A model generated the notes under the pieces. That model made no database searches. It saw only the letters and a list, made by a program, of their open reading frames with translations, and was not told the origin of the DNA. From Bigelowiella natans CCMP2755 (lineage: Eukaryota; Protista; Cercozoa), in the NCBI GenBank assembly GCA_000320545.1, contig ADNK01000094.1, forward strand, positions 1 through 64,000: DNA of 64,000 nucleotides, written 5' to 3'. Below are positions 36,870 through 49,100 of this stretch, piece after piece. Each line of letters opens with the position of its first letter. Position 1 is the first letter of the stretch. The position numbers were made by a program, and so were the translations under genes.

Positions 36870-37081
36870 ATGCTAGTCTCATTGAGTACATCTGACAATA
36901 TAACAATACTTGTCAGCTTCAGACGTAGATAATTCTTTCTCAACAGCCATGAAGCGCCTTCCATTTATAGTAGCGTCAGAATGGAGGCGGCTCGGGCAAT
37001 TCCCGGAAAAATGAAGTGTAACAGTCATTAGAACAGGCGGACTACTTTGAAATCTGTGTGTGTGTGTGTTTGAGAACACTA

Positions 37082-38030
37082 CCATGCAGAAAATGTGATG
37101 CTGCTGCACATGCAATTTCATTTCACTGCGACTGCACGACCACACACGCTGTCCACCATGCTCTGGTGCAGTTGTGCAAAGTCAAATCCTGACAAAATGA
37201 GCATCATCTGACACACTTGATGACGTCAAACTCATGGCTCTGCATGATGCCCAATCCATCCTTTTGGCTCCTTGCACGTTGTGATGTAAACACGTGGTGT
37301 CCATCATTTTTCTGTGTTTGAGTGTTCTGATTTTGGTCGAGTGAGCACTTTGCACTTTGTCATTGCAGAGCATGCTGTGCGCAGCGGAGTGTCAGCGTGT
37401 GCAGTGCATGCTCGCTAGCTCGCTCAGTTGGACACCACTCAGCCATGCACAACGACAACTCGCAAAGCACTCTGATGGCTTGTGCAAGTGCAGAGGAAAC
37501 CGCAGCGCCGTTGCGAACTTGCAGTGTCAATCAAACGATCAATTGAATCTGGCCAGGTTCAAGTTCTCACGGAAACGTGGAACGAGCTTTTTGGTCCTGG
37601 TTTGACACGAGTGCGTTGCCAGTTTTGATCAAACGCCAACGAACAAGCTGACAAACTTTTGCAACACGAGTGAACCAAAAGATTCAAGATTCAAGGTTCA
37701 AAAATCGTGTTTGCTTCCACACTCCAACAAGACGCACGGGCATTGAACGTTGAACAAACATTGAACCGAGCACTGGTGCAAAAACAACGTGCGCAAGAAC
37801 CACACATAATACACGGGAAACAAGCACTTGCACGCAGCAGCGCTAAACAAGCAAAAAACATTGCGAGGACTCCTCAGCACTCTGATGGTGTTGATTGTCT
37901 CAACTAGCAGGTGATGAGACTCAATGAACAAGACACACCCTGACATCACATCGTCACTGAGACACTTCCTTCTTTTTTTCTCCATTTCCAGGATTTCCAG
38001 CGGATTTCCTTCGCATTCTTTCCGCACATT
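37082..38030. other. TpA-depleted, TpG/CpA-enriched intergenic island 3
   Basis: Hand count of 6 TA in about 950 bp, with only 2 in 37082-37805. Confidence 0.85.
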
Positions 38031-38293
38031 TGTAGCAACAACGGGTCCTACGTCAGAACTTCTGACAGGTCGCAGCCCTGGGATTCCCTCACAACAGAGT
38101 TCTGGGATACTCAAACATCCAGCCAAGAAGGGGTACCCGACTTCTGAGTTGGCTAGCAGGCAGTTTTGTAGGATCATAGCACGTTGCGACAATGGAAAAT
38201 CACATATTATGATCGTAAATTGGATCAGACAAATTTTGCCAGATAAAACACCGGTACCGGGAACCCTAGATCTTGCCCGTTCATAGATTTCTG

Positions 38294-39011
38294 ATGGCTT
38301 CTTTCCTTCGTCGTTGCGTGAGGCTCTCTCGCCGCCCTGCCCTCCTCCAACCTGCCCCTCTCTTGCGGACAGCTGGATCTCTCTTCCGTTCATTCGGAAC
38401 GTTCAGGGAGAAGGAGGAAGCGAGAAAGGTGTTCGATCTCATCGACAAGGTATTGAAGGGCAGACATTAAAAATCTATTTTTGGGGAATCCTGAAAAAGG
38501 GCTATTATTTGGGGAACCAGGGAGTAGGGATAGAAACTTTGATAATGCAGCAATTTCAGAGTGCATGGATTCTATGTCGTGTACACTTAGCTTCGACAAG
38601 CCGGAGTTCAATACAAATAAAAAAATTGTGATGTTGCTTTATCGTAGGATGGAAACGGAACAATTGAACTTGACGAATTTAATGATTTCATCAAGATGGA
38701 TGAACTATATTCGTCGAAGGTTAGAAGATATGGTAGCATAGGGTGTTGTGGGAGCGTAATTTTGCCCGAAATAAGTTTCACAGAACATATACAGACATAA
38801 TGGATACCTAAACGACTACGATTTTCTTTAGGGGCAAAAAGATAAGGCTTCCGAAGCAGCGGCACGTTTTGGTTGGAGTCAAGTAGATCAAGCAAAGGAT
38901 AATAAAATAAGTTTTGAAGAATTTTTTAACTGGTGGGAGGGGAGCGTAACTGTGGTAGGCATTCCCGCATCAATCCATGAGAACATGAAGAAACTTGCAA
39001 ATAAAAAATAG
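38294..39011 (+). CDS. Small two-EF-hand protein with a mitochondrial-type presequence (3 exons)
   Basis: MASFLRRCVRLSRRPALL...RSF presequence; ARKVFDLIDK|DGNGTIELDEF; VDQAKDNKISFEEFFNWW; stop at 39011. Confidence 0.8.
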
Positions 39012-39954
39012 GACTAACATTTTAAAGCGACCTAGATCATTTAAATCAAGTTTACTATGTATACCAAATTAACGTTATTCGTTAGAACACCAAAGTGGTA
39101 GTCGAAATAAGACATGTCTAAGTATGTACAATTTTATATCAGCATACATACACATATTTATATCCATGTAGCTACATATTGTTCATATGTTATTTACAAC
39201 ACCATACGCATGCATTTATTATAATATATGTAACAAACAACCTGTGCGTAGAGGGTGGGGAGAGGTGATCAACAACTACATGTGTTTTAATGGCACTATT
39301 GCGCACATAATTATCATGTGCATGTATGTGAGGGTGCGTTGTCGAGCTCACAATGTGGCCAGGCTGCGTGCGCGACACAACTAGACAACAGCACAACAGG
39401 TGCAAAGCACAAACACCTATGTGCATCGTGAGATGGATGAAATGAACACAACTAGACAATCTAGCAATGTAATTAATTCAATTGCCATCCTAGCAGCTAG
39501 TATCTCTAGCTAAAGCTGAGCAAAGCAGCGGCTGCATGCAGCGCCATGCAATGCAGCTCTAGTCTGTAAGTGGTGTTTGTTTGTTTTAGCGATCACAATA
39601 ACATGAGCAAGATGTAGCTGAAGTGATCACAACTACTACAGACACGGTATGCAATGTGCACAGTACCATGTCTGTTAGCAGACTCATCACACGCTAGCAC
39701 GTTCTATAGCGTTGCATGACAGGTGAGTGCGAACAAGAACAAGCCGAACGATTTCATTGTTGCAAACAAAAATGAGCTCTCTGATTGGGAGGGAGGCGCA
39801 CGCATGACAAAAATGCTTTGAACTCAATGAATGGTCATGCTAAAACTTCTTGCTATGTAAACGACATAAAGTGCACACGGCACTACGCATCCGTTATTTC
39901 ACGAGTTCTCTGGCAACATCATTCGCTGCCAAATCCCACAGATCCAAGGCGTCT

Positions 39955-42270
39955 TTAGGGAGTTTTAGGCAGGGAATCGCTTAGAGCCTACATGGAAACA
40001 TATAAGTTCAAGGAAGGCGACAAAGGCTACAAAGAATGAGAAAGTTGGAGAATCATCGGAACCTTAGCATTGGACTTGCTGTTGCTGCCCAAGAAAGCTT
40101 TTGATGCCTCGTCTCTCTTCGGGTGAGCGTAGTAACATCCAATGCGAGTGCAAAATGAATCGTACCTGATATGAAGGACATATGATTTTTAGCACACATT
40201 GCACATCCTACATAGTGCGATAAGAGGCTGCTGTGGCATGAACAATTTTAGCTATCCACAATTCATCAAATATGGCGGAACCAACCAGACGAGAATAATA
40301 TCAGAATACGCTGTTGCTACCTGCATGGGATTTTGCCCATCTCCATAATGTCGGCCTCGCTGAAGCAAGTGCTTACGCCTCTTCCTCTAGCTCTGCCTCT
40401 GCCCCTAAAGGTGGTGCCTCTTCCTCTGAATCTACCTCTGCCTCGGAATCTGCCTCTACCTCGAACGCGCCCCCCTCGTCCCCTTCGCCCTCTACCGCCG
40501 CGGCGCCCACCCCCATAGTGATAGGATGCCGCCCATCCGTCTCCGTTCTCATCTAATGAATCTGAAGTAGTCGCACCGTTGCTGCTTCTGTGCCTTAGGG
40601 GCTTTTCAATTTTGAGCCTCCCACCCCCCCCGCTAGGTTTGTCATCATTCGTTTCCTTGTTATCGACTCTTATGACCAACTCTTCCTCCTCCCCTTCGGA
40701 TTGATCTACCGGTTTATTATCCTCTGCTGCTGCTGCTGCTGCTGCTGCTGATGGAGGGGATTCCTGCGATTTATCCGGTGTTTTTTTATCCGCCGTCGCC
40801 GCCGTTGCCGACGTGGTAGTTTGATCTTGTTCGGAGCCTTTTGAATTCTCCGTTGCTCGTATCTTTGGCTGCTGCGATATTGCCATTGTAGACTTATCCG
40901 TGGGAGGTACTTTTCTTTTCCTGATGACTCGTTTTATTAACACCCTCTTAGTTGTCGCTGCAGCTTTCCCAACCTTCTTTCCTCGTGCGGCAGCTGCGGA
41001 AGCAGCCACTGTGCTCACGGCGCTGCCCGCCCTGCCTTGTTGCTGCACAACCCGCCGTCGCGTCGTTGAAGTTTGGGGTGATGGTATGTTTGCCTGATTA
41101 AAGGTCACTCGGAAGCTCGTTTGGGGTGCCGCACTCTTCTTCTTCACACGAATGCTTTTACTTCGACCTTCCTCTGCACCTGTTCCTCTGACTCGACTTC
41201 CTCTTTCTGTCTTCTTTATGCTTATTGTGTGCCTGCTTCCATCCCTCCTGTCTCGGTCTTTATTGATAGAAATCACCTGAAAGTCATTGTTTCTGTGAGA
41301 GACGAATCGAGGATCCATTTTACACTTTTATTTCGCTACCCTGGTTCTTCCTCGGGGCTCTTCATCATCAGCTTTGTCTTTTGAGCCCCTGCTACGGATG
41401 CTGAGCGTCTTTTTTCGGGGCCGACTAAGAGTCAGTTCTGCAGACTCCTCCCTGTCCATCATCGTTCTTCCACGACTGGCCTTGCGATCCCTCCCCCTTG
41501 CAGATCGATTGGCTGCATCCAGCGCTCCCATCCTAATGCAAGTTGACAAACTAACTCACATCTACTTATTATTGTCATTATCAATAAGGGTTTTACTATT
41601 TTCAGAACACATGTTTTTTTGTTGGAGTAGGATTCACGTACAAGAGTCGTCTTTCTCGTTGGCTTCCCCGGGCAGCAGACGCGCGATCTGCCCCTGTCCA
41701 TCTGTCTGAGTCCTTATGTCGCACCTTCTGCCGTCTCCTACGTTTTTTCTTTCCTTCCATCTCCGTCTCACCTCTATTAGCACCTCTCTCCCTCTCCCCC
41801 TCCCTTCTTCCTTCTTCAATGTCTTTGGCGTTGCCACCGTCCTCATCATCGCCATCCGTTTTTCCATATTGATCGAGTTGTGTCGAATCATCTGCGTTTT
41901 GATAATCATCCTTATCGCCGTCACCACCTCCTCCTGCATCCTCTTCTGCATCATCCTCATCGTCAATCTCTGCCAAAATGCTCCCGACGTTGGCTTCAGG
42001 GCGGCTGGCCCGAATCTTAGGAACTATATTCTCCCAAATCCACCCCACAAAAGGCTTCGCCGCATCCTCTGGAAAGACTTCCTCAAGTTCTTCCGTAAAG
42101 GTCTTGCGGGTCCTCCCTGCTGCCATGAGGATTTGCAGGTACTCCATGTGTTCAGGATTCTTCTCCTCCCCCGTGTATTCTCGAACCTTCCCCTCGATTG
42201 CACTTGCTACTTTATCGAACTGAGCGGGGGTCATAGACAGCGTCTCACCATCATCCTCTTTGGAGCTCAT
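39955..42270 (-). CDS. Nab2/ZC3H14-like RNA-binding protein: PWI-like N-terminus, RGG box, CCCH zinc finger
   Basis: N-terminal IEGKVREYTG...MEYLQILMAAG...EELEEVF...FVGWIWE (PWI-like); RGRGRFRGRG repeats; spliced PCR|YDSFCTRIGCYYAHP gives C-x5-C-x4-C-x3-H, the Nab2-type spacing. Confidence 0.75.
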
Positions 42271-42594
42271 CGTTGTTACAGCTCTGCGCAGCCCCCTGCG
42301 CAACACAGCAGCTTTCTCAACGGGATGAGGCGAGAGGCCGCAAATTATTAGCTACTCCGGAACCAGCGATGCCTTTCCTTTTTCGACTATTTTATTCAAA
42401 AGATCATGTCGCCTGGGTAAATTGGATGTACATTTGGATGCCGACGAAATTTGAAGAATTAGACGTTCTTGTCGCTTAAAATAAATCGCTTATGTTTCCA
42501 AGGACACACATGTTTTCGTTGTCGCGCTTTCTTACTTGGCACGCCGCCGAGGAAGAGATCGCAGAACAGGAGCTTGCGGAAGCGGCAGCGCACC

Positions 42595-44759
42595 ATGGAA
42601 GAAGGCGGTGCATATAACCCGATGGCTATGATGGAACAGATGAGGCAGATGGGGCTGGACCCGGATTCGCTCGACCCTTCGAACCTGGCGCTCGCATGCA
42701 GTTAAAGTCAACATGCCCAGGACGTCCTTCCAACCTGCTCCCCACGCATCAGGTCTGTACGCGTTCACGTCTGTGCTTATGATTCAGAGAGAATATCGAT
42801 TCGGAGGATGTGTATATCGGAACACGAGTTGGGTTCAAGGGGTTGGAGGAGGGAAAGAAATATGTAGCCGCAATAATCATAAGGACATGGAGACGTCGTT
42901 ATTGAATTTTCACACAACCGACAGGCTGTTCGGAAACAACTTACGACTGGGCTCAGTCGACGGGTTTTACTACGTTTTATCTCCCTGTTCCCAAGAATAC
43001 ACGCGGCAGAGAAATCAATTGCATCATCAAACCAGGCCACTTCACTTTCGGCATGAAGGGGTGATATCGCCATCCTAACCCATGCGAGACAGATGCTCGT
43101 TACATGATATCTGGCTGTTGATACGCAGGCAAGATCATTATATTCATGGGGAGCTCGGAGGATTAGTGGATGTGAGTTTGAGCACATGGGAATTGATAGA
43201 CGGTACGAATTCCAACCACCTTCGACGTGAGAACCTAAAAAAGGTCATAATCTGATAACGAGCAGGTGTAGTCGAGGTTTCTCTCGCCAAAAAGGAGCAC
43301 AGGTTCGGCATTCTAAGATATCGATATCGGAAATGATATATAAAACTCATTTGAGTGTCAATTTTCTATTCTATTTCTAAATAGAGAATGGTCCTTCGCT
43401 GTGAAGCCGTCTAAAGAAACGAAAGCAAACTCACGCGCAAGACCTTACAAGAAACATTCTGGGGAGGTAAAGTCCAATCCAGTAGTTGGCAGGGACAACG
43501 ACACAAGAAGGATCGAAAACAAATCAAAGTCGAAAGATTCTAAATCTTGGGCCAGTGAAAAGTATAAGTACGCGCCGAAGAGAATTGCCGACGATTCCAA
43601 GGACGCTGCTAGCAGCGGTGCACGGAAACCTACAAGTTCCTCATCATCATCCAAATGGGACAAGTTCGACGCAGACCAGGTATTGATCTTATATTGTTTG
43701 AGAATTAGGAGAGGTAAATTATCTATTCTGCAATCATTATAAGGCTCTGGCAGATCTTGAAAATGAAGACAATCCAGAGAACCATTCATGGAGGTTTGTA
43801 AAGCATCCTGATGCTTCTAGCGAAAGAACAACAATGCATAGTTTCTCTTCGCTCTCTCACCCCCCCTCTTCACCCCCCCCTCTCTCAGAGTATCCAAGGA
43901 TCCTGGTGTAGCTACCGTCGATTGTGTTGGATATCAAAAGTCGAAAGAAGAGGTAGTAGCCTATTCTTGTATCATTACTACCTAGTGCTATCTATCCCAT
44001 GTTGTAAACACGACGACGATACCACATCAGGTTGCCTTGGACACTGATTTAGCAGCAGGCGTGAAACGAATGAAATCAATGCTGAGGATACGTTTGGCAA
44101 ATGCACAGCAGTGCAAACAGAATGGAAACGATCTCGTTAAATCCAAAAACTGGGCTGAAGCTCTCAGTAATTATCTCGACCTATTTATGCCGCGCTGCTA
44201 AGCCTGCCATATCTAGCTCAGCTCACTCAATCATCTGTTTTCTGTGAACGAACTAGGATTTTATGAAGACGGATCGGAACAGCTGGGAGTAGCTAAGGCC
44301 GCTGCGCCGTTGATGTCAGGTATTGAATGATATTCATTCGAATGCAAAAAGTGTTCGCATACCAATAGATACGCTCTTCTTCAGAGTCGCTAGGAAAAAG
44401 AGTGAGGGAATTGAGCACCGCTCTAATCAATAATGCGTCCCTTTGTCATTTGAAGCTGGGACAATATAAGGCAGCACATGAATGCTCAAAGGAAGTTCTG
44501 AAGGTGACTTTGACTTAAGTTAAAACCCGGTAGACTATGTGTATTGAGGGTCGGCTGATTAATCGAATACGGATAATTAATGCAGGAGGACAGTGCAAAT
44601 ATAAAGGCACTTTGCAGGAATGCCGCAGCACTAATTGAGCTTGGAAAAGATCAGCTAGCAAAAACTGCCCTTGATAAAGTTCAGAAATTATCACCATCGT
44701 CTAAACAGGTGGCACAGTTAATGGCAAGGCTTGAAGAAAAAAAAAAGATAGAGGGTTAG
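42595..44759 (+). CDS. CS (p23/NudC-like) domain + TPR co-chaperone
   Basis: YDWAQSTGFTTFYLPVPKNTRGREINCIIK...IHGELGGLVDVSLSTWELID|GVVEVSLAKK..EW (CS domain); CKQNGNDLVKSKNWAEAL, NNASLCHLKLGQYKAAHECSKEVLK|EDSANIKALCRNAAALIELG (TPR repeats); stop at 44759. The first two introns are not resolved. Confidence 0.8.
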
Positions 44760-45651
44760 CCTTTGTTAGTTCTTCGTTTAATTGTTGTCACATCATCACC
44801 ACATATTGTTACTCTATGCTAAGCCTCAAAATGTTGCGCGCGAACATTTTGCCGCCATGAATATTTGTACACTTGGCGTTTGCCACCTATGTAACAAGTG
44901 TAGAGACTTGTTCAATGCAAACAACAAATGCATCATGATGAAATAAATAAAGAAACGGCTATAGTGACAGCATACGTGCATGCACAGTATCGTACGTGCT
45001 GCTCATTAGCAATAAGCAAATGCGCGATCGATACAACGTACAGTGACACACTATAACGTACTACTTGTTATTGCGCACATAGCTAGATAGCCCCAGCAAT
45101 CAATAACAACATGCCAATACACAATCCACAATGACTTTGCCCATGCAATATTCCAGGTCACAATGTAGATTGCTGCATTAAATCGACTATGCTCAGAAGC
45201 AATATGTGATAAGCTTTCGATCAATGCGTTTAACGCACCTTGCAGAAGGCTGCTATTGAAATATTCCTTCCAGATAATGGCAAGGTATACTCAGACTAAG
45301 TACTATGAAGATATCGTGGCTTAGGAACCAAAGTTTAAGATCAGAGCTTAGTTATTACTTACTATACCAGCAAGTTTTGACGACTGGTAATCGTCCCGAA
45401 TCCGTCAATATATTCCATGGCAATATAGGATGACTAAGTATCACACCTCGCACGCCGAAGTCACTAAGGGGTGTCTGTACAAGTGGTTGAAACTCCGCGA
45501 CGCACGTACCACGCACCGTGAGTACTTGCAGAAAAGCTATTTCGTTGTCCACACCCTCGGAACTTCAAGTATTATTTAAGAACCAAAGTGCGGCTTTTCT
45601 GCCCGAGGGAAGTACTCGCCGTCTATATTATCGAGAAATACTAAGCAGCAG

Positions 45652-46050
45652 CTACTGTGGTGACCTAGGCTTTGGGAAAATCCCGTTTAGCTTCCGCCTA
45701 TACCTGTAATGTGAGAAGGAACACCGAATGAGAATAGCAGACTCAGGTGCGCTGCCAGGTGTGCACTACCACGCTCGAAGATCGGTGAAGACATTCCTCT
45801 CTGGTATTGGGCTTCCCGGTCTATTGAAATCTGCATGGAACACCTACCAATTCGCGACCGTTAGACATAAGAAATTGTCAAGCCCTCTACAGCTTGGATT
45901 TGGTCATACCAAATAAAATGCCATGGCCCCGGTCACCGCAAAGGTAGCGCCTCGCATTGCTCGTCTCCATGGAGCTCGGAACTCCTCTGAAAATCTTTTC
46001 TCCGCAAAGTTTGAGCGATCCGAGTCCAAGCGGCGTTTCGGGGGTGCCAT
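45652..46050 (-). CDS. Small (~88 aa) single-pass membrane protein, 3 exons
   Basis: In-frame GT-AG joins give MAPPKRRL...WRRAMRGATFAVTGAMAFYL|VFHADFNRPGSPIPERNVFTDLRAW|YRRKLNGIFPKPRSPQ*. Confidence 0.65.
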
Positions 46051-46168
46051 GTTCTGTCTCGCTTGCGGTGACGTTCGAATCCGGTGCGTGGGGTTCAGCT
46101 CGGTCAGGCAGGGAGAACAGGACATAAATCAAGCGATAAATATCTACTATGTTATACAGAAAAACAGT

Positions 46169-49100
46169 ATGGATTCCTCCTTACCATCGATGGCGTCGTC
46201 GTCGTATATGGGTCAAATTCGAAGGAAAAGTGGATGTTTTGTCGATCAGAAGTAGACAGCCAAGTCGAACCCGCACAGCATCAATCTGCAAACAAGTCAT
46301 AGCAAGTGAGAACTCTTCTTTTCGATGTTTCTCCCACATAAAATGACAATTTAGGCTGAGATAGATATTCGGTAGCGACTTAGATATTTGCGGGGTAACT
46401 TTCTGCCCTAAAACCCGAATGTCTCGGAGGTGAATGGGGCCGGACGAGCAGTTGCTGTGCTCTAGTGATGGAGCGTTCCAGGCGTACATACACTCTCCTT
46501 CGTCGCTCCAGCAGCTTGGAAAGGAGGACTACATGCAGGAGGCTAGCTGGGATCTTACTTTTGGTATTATCCCTGGCAACGTTGATTGTGGTCGACTTAA
46601 AGCCAGATGCAGTTGTTCAACAGCAACGAAGCGGCATGCTTCAGGTAACGATGTAAGCATAAGTGACGCACCTGAGATTATTAGCCATGGGCACGTGCTC
46701 ATCAGGTACCCTCGGACTTCTCCCACAGCAGTGGTGACGATGGGATGGAAGTGGTAAAGCAGTCGAAGAAGCAGATGCTGTGGGGGGGGGCACTGTCCAA
46801 GTTCTCGACAGCGCTCGCTGCTGCAATGATGGCGACCACAGTTTCTCATCGGCCCGCTCGTGCACTAAACAGATGGCAGAGGTAGTAGTAATGTCACTAT
46901 ATTTCTCTAACTATGGGTGCAACAGCGAGTGGAAAGGAGCGAGCCATAAGACGCGAGATAATGAACCGGCGTAACAACGATACTCAATATAGTGACCACC
47001 GAACCTGAGCTCTTTCGGTTTGGGGGGGAGCAGAAATCCCGTGCGAAATATTTGTAATTAGTACTGAAGTATATATGCTGCTTCTACGCTTCAGCGACTC
47101 CGACGACGAGGATGGCTTGCAGGATATCCATGTAAATAACTTCGCACCACGAACTGCAAATCCCCTTTGCTACATCATACTGTCAAATCCTCTCCTAATT
47201 TTCATCTTCATTCTACTTCGCAGGCAGGTCTCCCGGTCTTACCTCAGCGGACATCTTTTGTGCCTTACCCGGTAATCCATGTTGATGGCTGCTGATGATG
47301 ATGACTCGACTGTATTCGATGGACGAAGATGAAGCGAACGATATCATCGAAGAATAAATATTGATCAATGTCGCGAGGAAGTCAAAGTCTTTGTTTTCTC
47401 TAATGATGCATCACGCAGTTCATATTGACGCGCATGTAGTCTCATCCCCCCACCCCCCCACCCCCCTGCCCCCCTCCCAAACCCATTCTCTTCGCTCGTT
47501 GTTAATTCATTTACTCTTAAGACCGTGAGTGAAGCAGTTGAGGGAGGGGGCAACATAGCAACGTCCGAAAGAGTCCATCGCCTCACGCCGAACTTGTGGA
47601 GATACTCGAAGGATTTCCCTATCAAGGATGACGACGGCGGTTCGGAGCTGAGAGATCGTGGAGCAGAGCGCGAGACAGCAAGGGTACAGCAGAATGCAGT
47701 ATAGTCGATCATCCTCTTTCTCTAGCTCAGAACCGCAAGTTCAACACCCCGTCCCTTGCACTCATACACAGTATGCACAATTCTAGATGCCTGCTTTGGA
47801 CGCCAACCCTGGATACTATACCAAGCACTTCTCTATCGACGACGAATGGAAATGCGGTGACTTACAACCGAATGCATCCATTGTTTTTTTATGATGCCCG
47901 CCTGCCTTCTTTATTAACCCACTTTCAAACGCCACTGCAAGGACTTCGAGAGGAGGATCTTGAGGAAGGCCTTGAGGAAGGCCTTAAGAAAGGCAACATG
48001 CTTGGAATTCCGGGTGCAACGGACCAGATTATGCTATCGCTTAAGGGAAGAAACATCGGAAACATTAGCGTTTGGATTAATAATGTCGCTCTCACAAAGT
48101 CCTCTTCAGCTTCGTCAAGGGTATCACCATCATCACCATCACCATCATCACCACCATCATCGTCATCATCATCATCATCACCATCTTAGCCCTTCTGCAG
48201 TCGGCTGATGACAAATTTGATCGCTATTTTCGCTTTGCCGTGTATCCCTTACAACTGTGATTGATTGAGCTGCTTTTCCAATCTTTCACTCAACTATACC
48301 AGCTACAGCAGCAGCAGCAGCATCTGGGCGTCGAGTTCCTCATTACCAAATATGCAAAGCTCGATTCCATCAACAACATCACGTTTAAGGTCCCCGAATC
48401 AATGGCACTCTCCCCTAGTAGAGTAGACCGGGAGAAGAGTGCGGCGCAATTATTGGAGTAGTGTTCTCCACAATCCTCATACCCTCGACTGACGACAAGA
48501 AATGCGAGAGGAAAGGAGAGGGACACGCAGGGGGAGAAAAGTCAGTGGTGAGTCAACGAGTGTAATGCTTGCCCTTTGCGCACTATCAGATCCACGATGA
48601 AGGAGAACGAAGTAAAAGAAACTTCATTGAAGACATCTTCCTCACTCTCCGGCCGGCGGCGTTTCTGCTGGATTTTCATGTGAAAGCCGACATAGCAAGT
48701 ACGTCGAGATAGCAATTGGACTGCTGAAGGCCACCCCATCCCCCATCCCCGCAACATACCGAACGTGCTTTCGCAGATATCATCAGCATCATCATAGTTG
48801 TCATCATCTTAGGCGCGCAGAACGTCGGAGTCACGCAGGGTCTTATCAGCGTGGAAGCGCATGTCGCCTATCCTGATGGCCCTCCGTAAGCATGATCAAC
48901 TTTACCAATCAAAATGCGTGCACACCCGCACATTAAGACACACAGAGGAAGTGGGGGAGCGGGGGGGGGCGGGGGGGGGGTGATTCAGAATATTTAAATA
49001 AATTATTTAATTTCACGGCAAATACCACTGCGATTCTGGGGCTGAATTTTGGGAATGAAAAGTTGATAATTCAATACCCAAAACAGTATCCTGAAGGACG

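Noticed and set aside
46030-46100. tRNA or SINE suggested by GTTCGAATCC (B-box-like)
   Set aside because: The flanks do not form a T-stem or acceptor stem.
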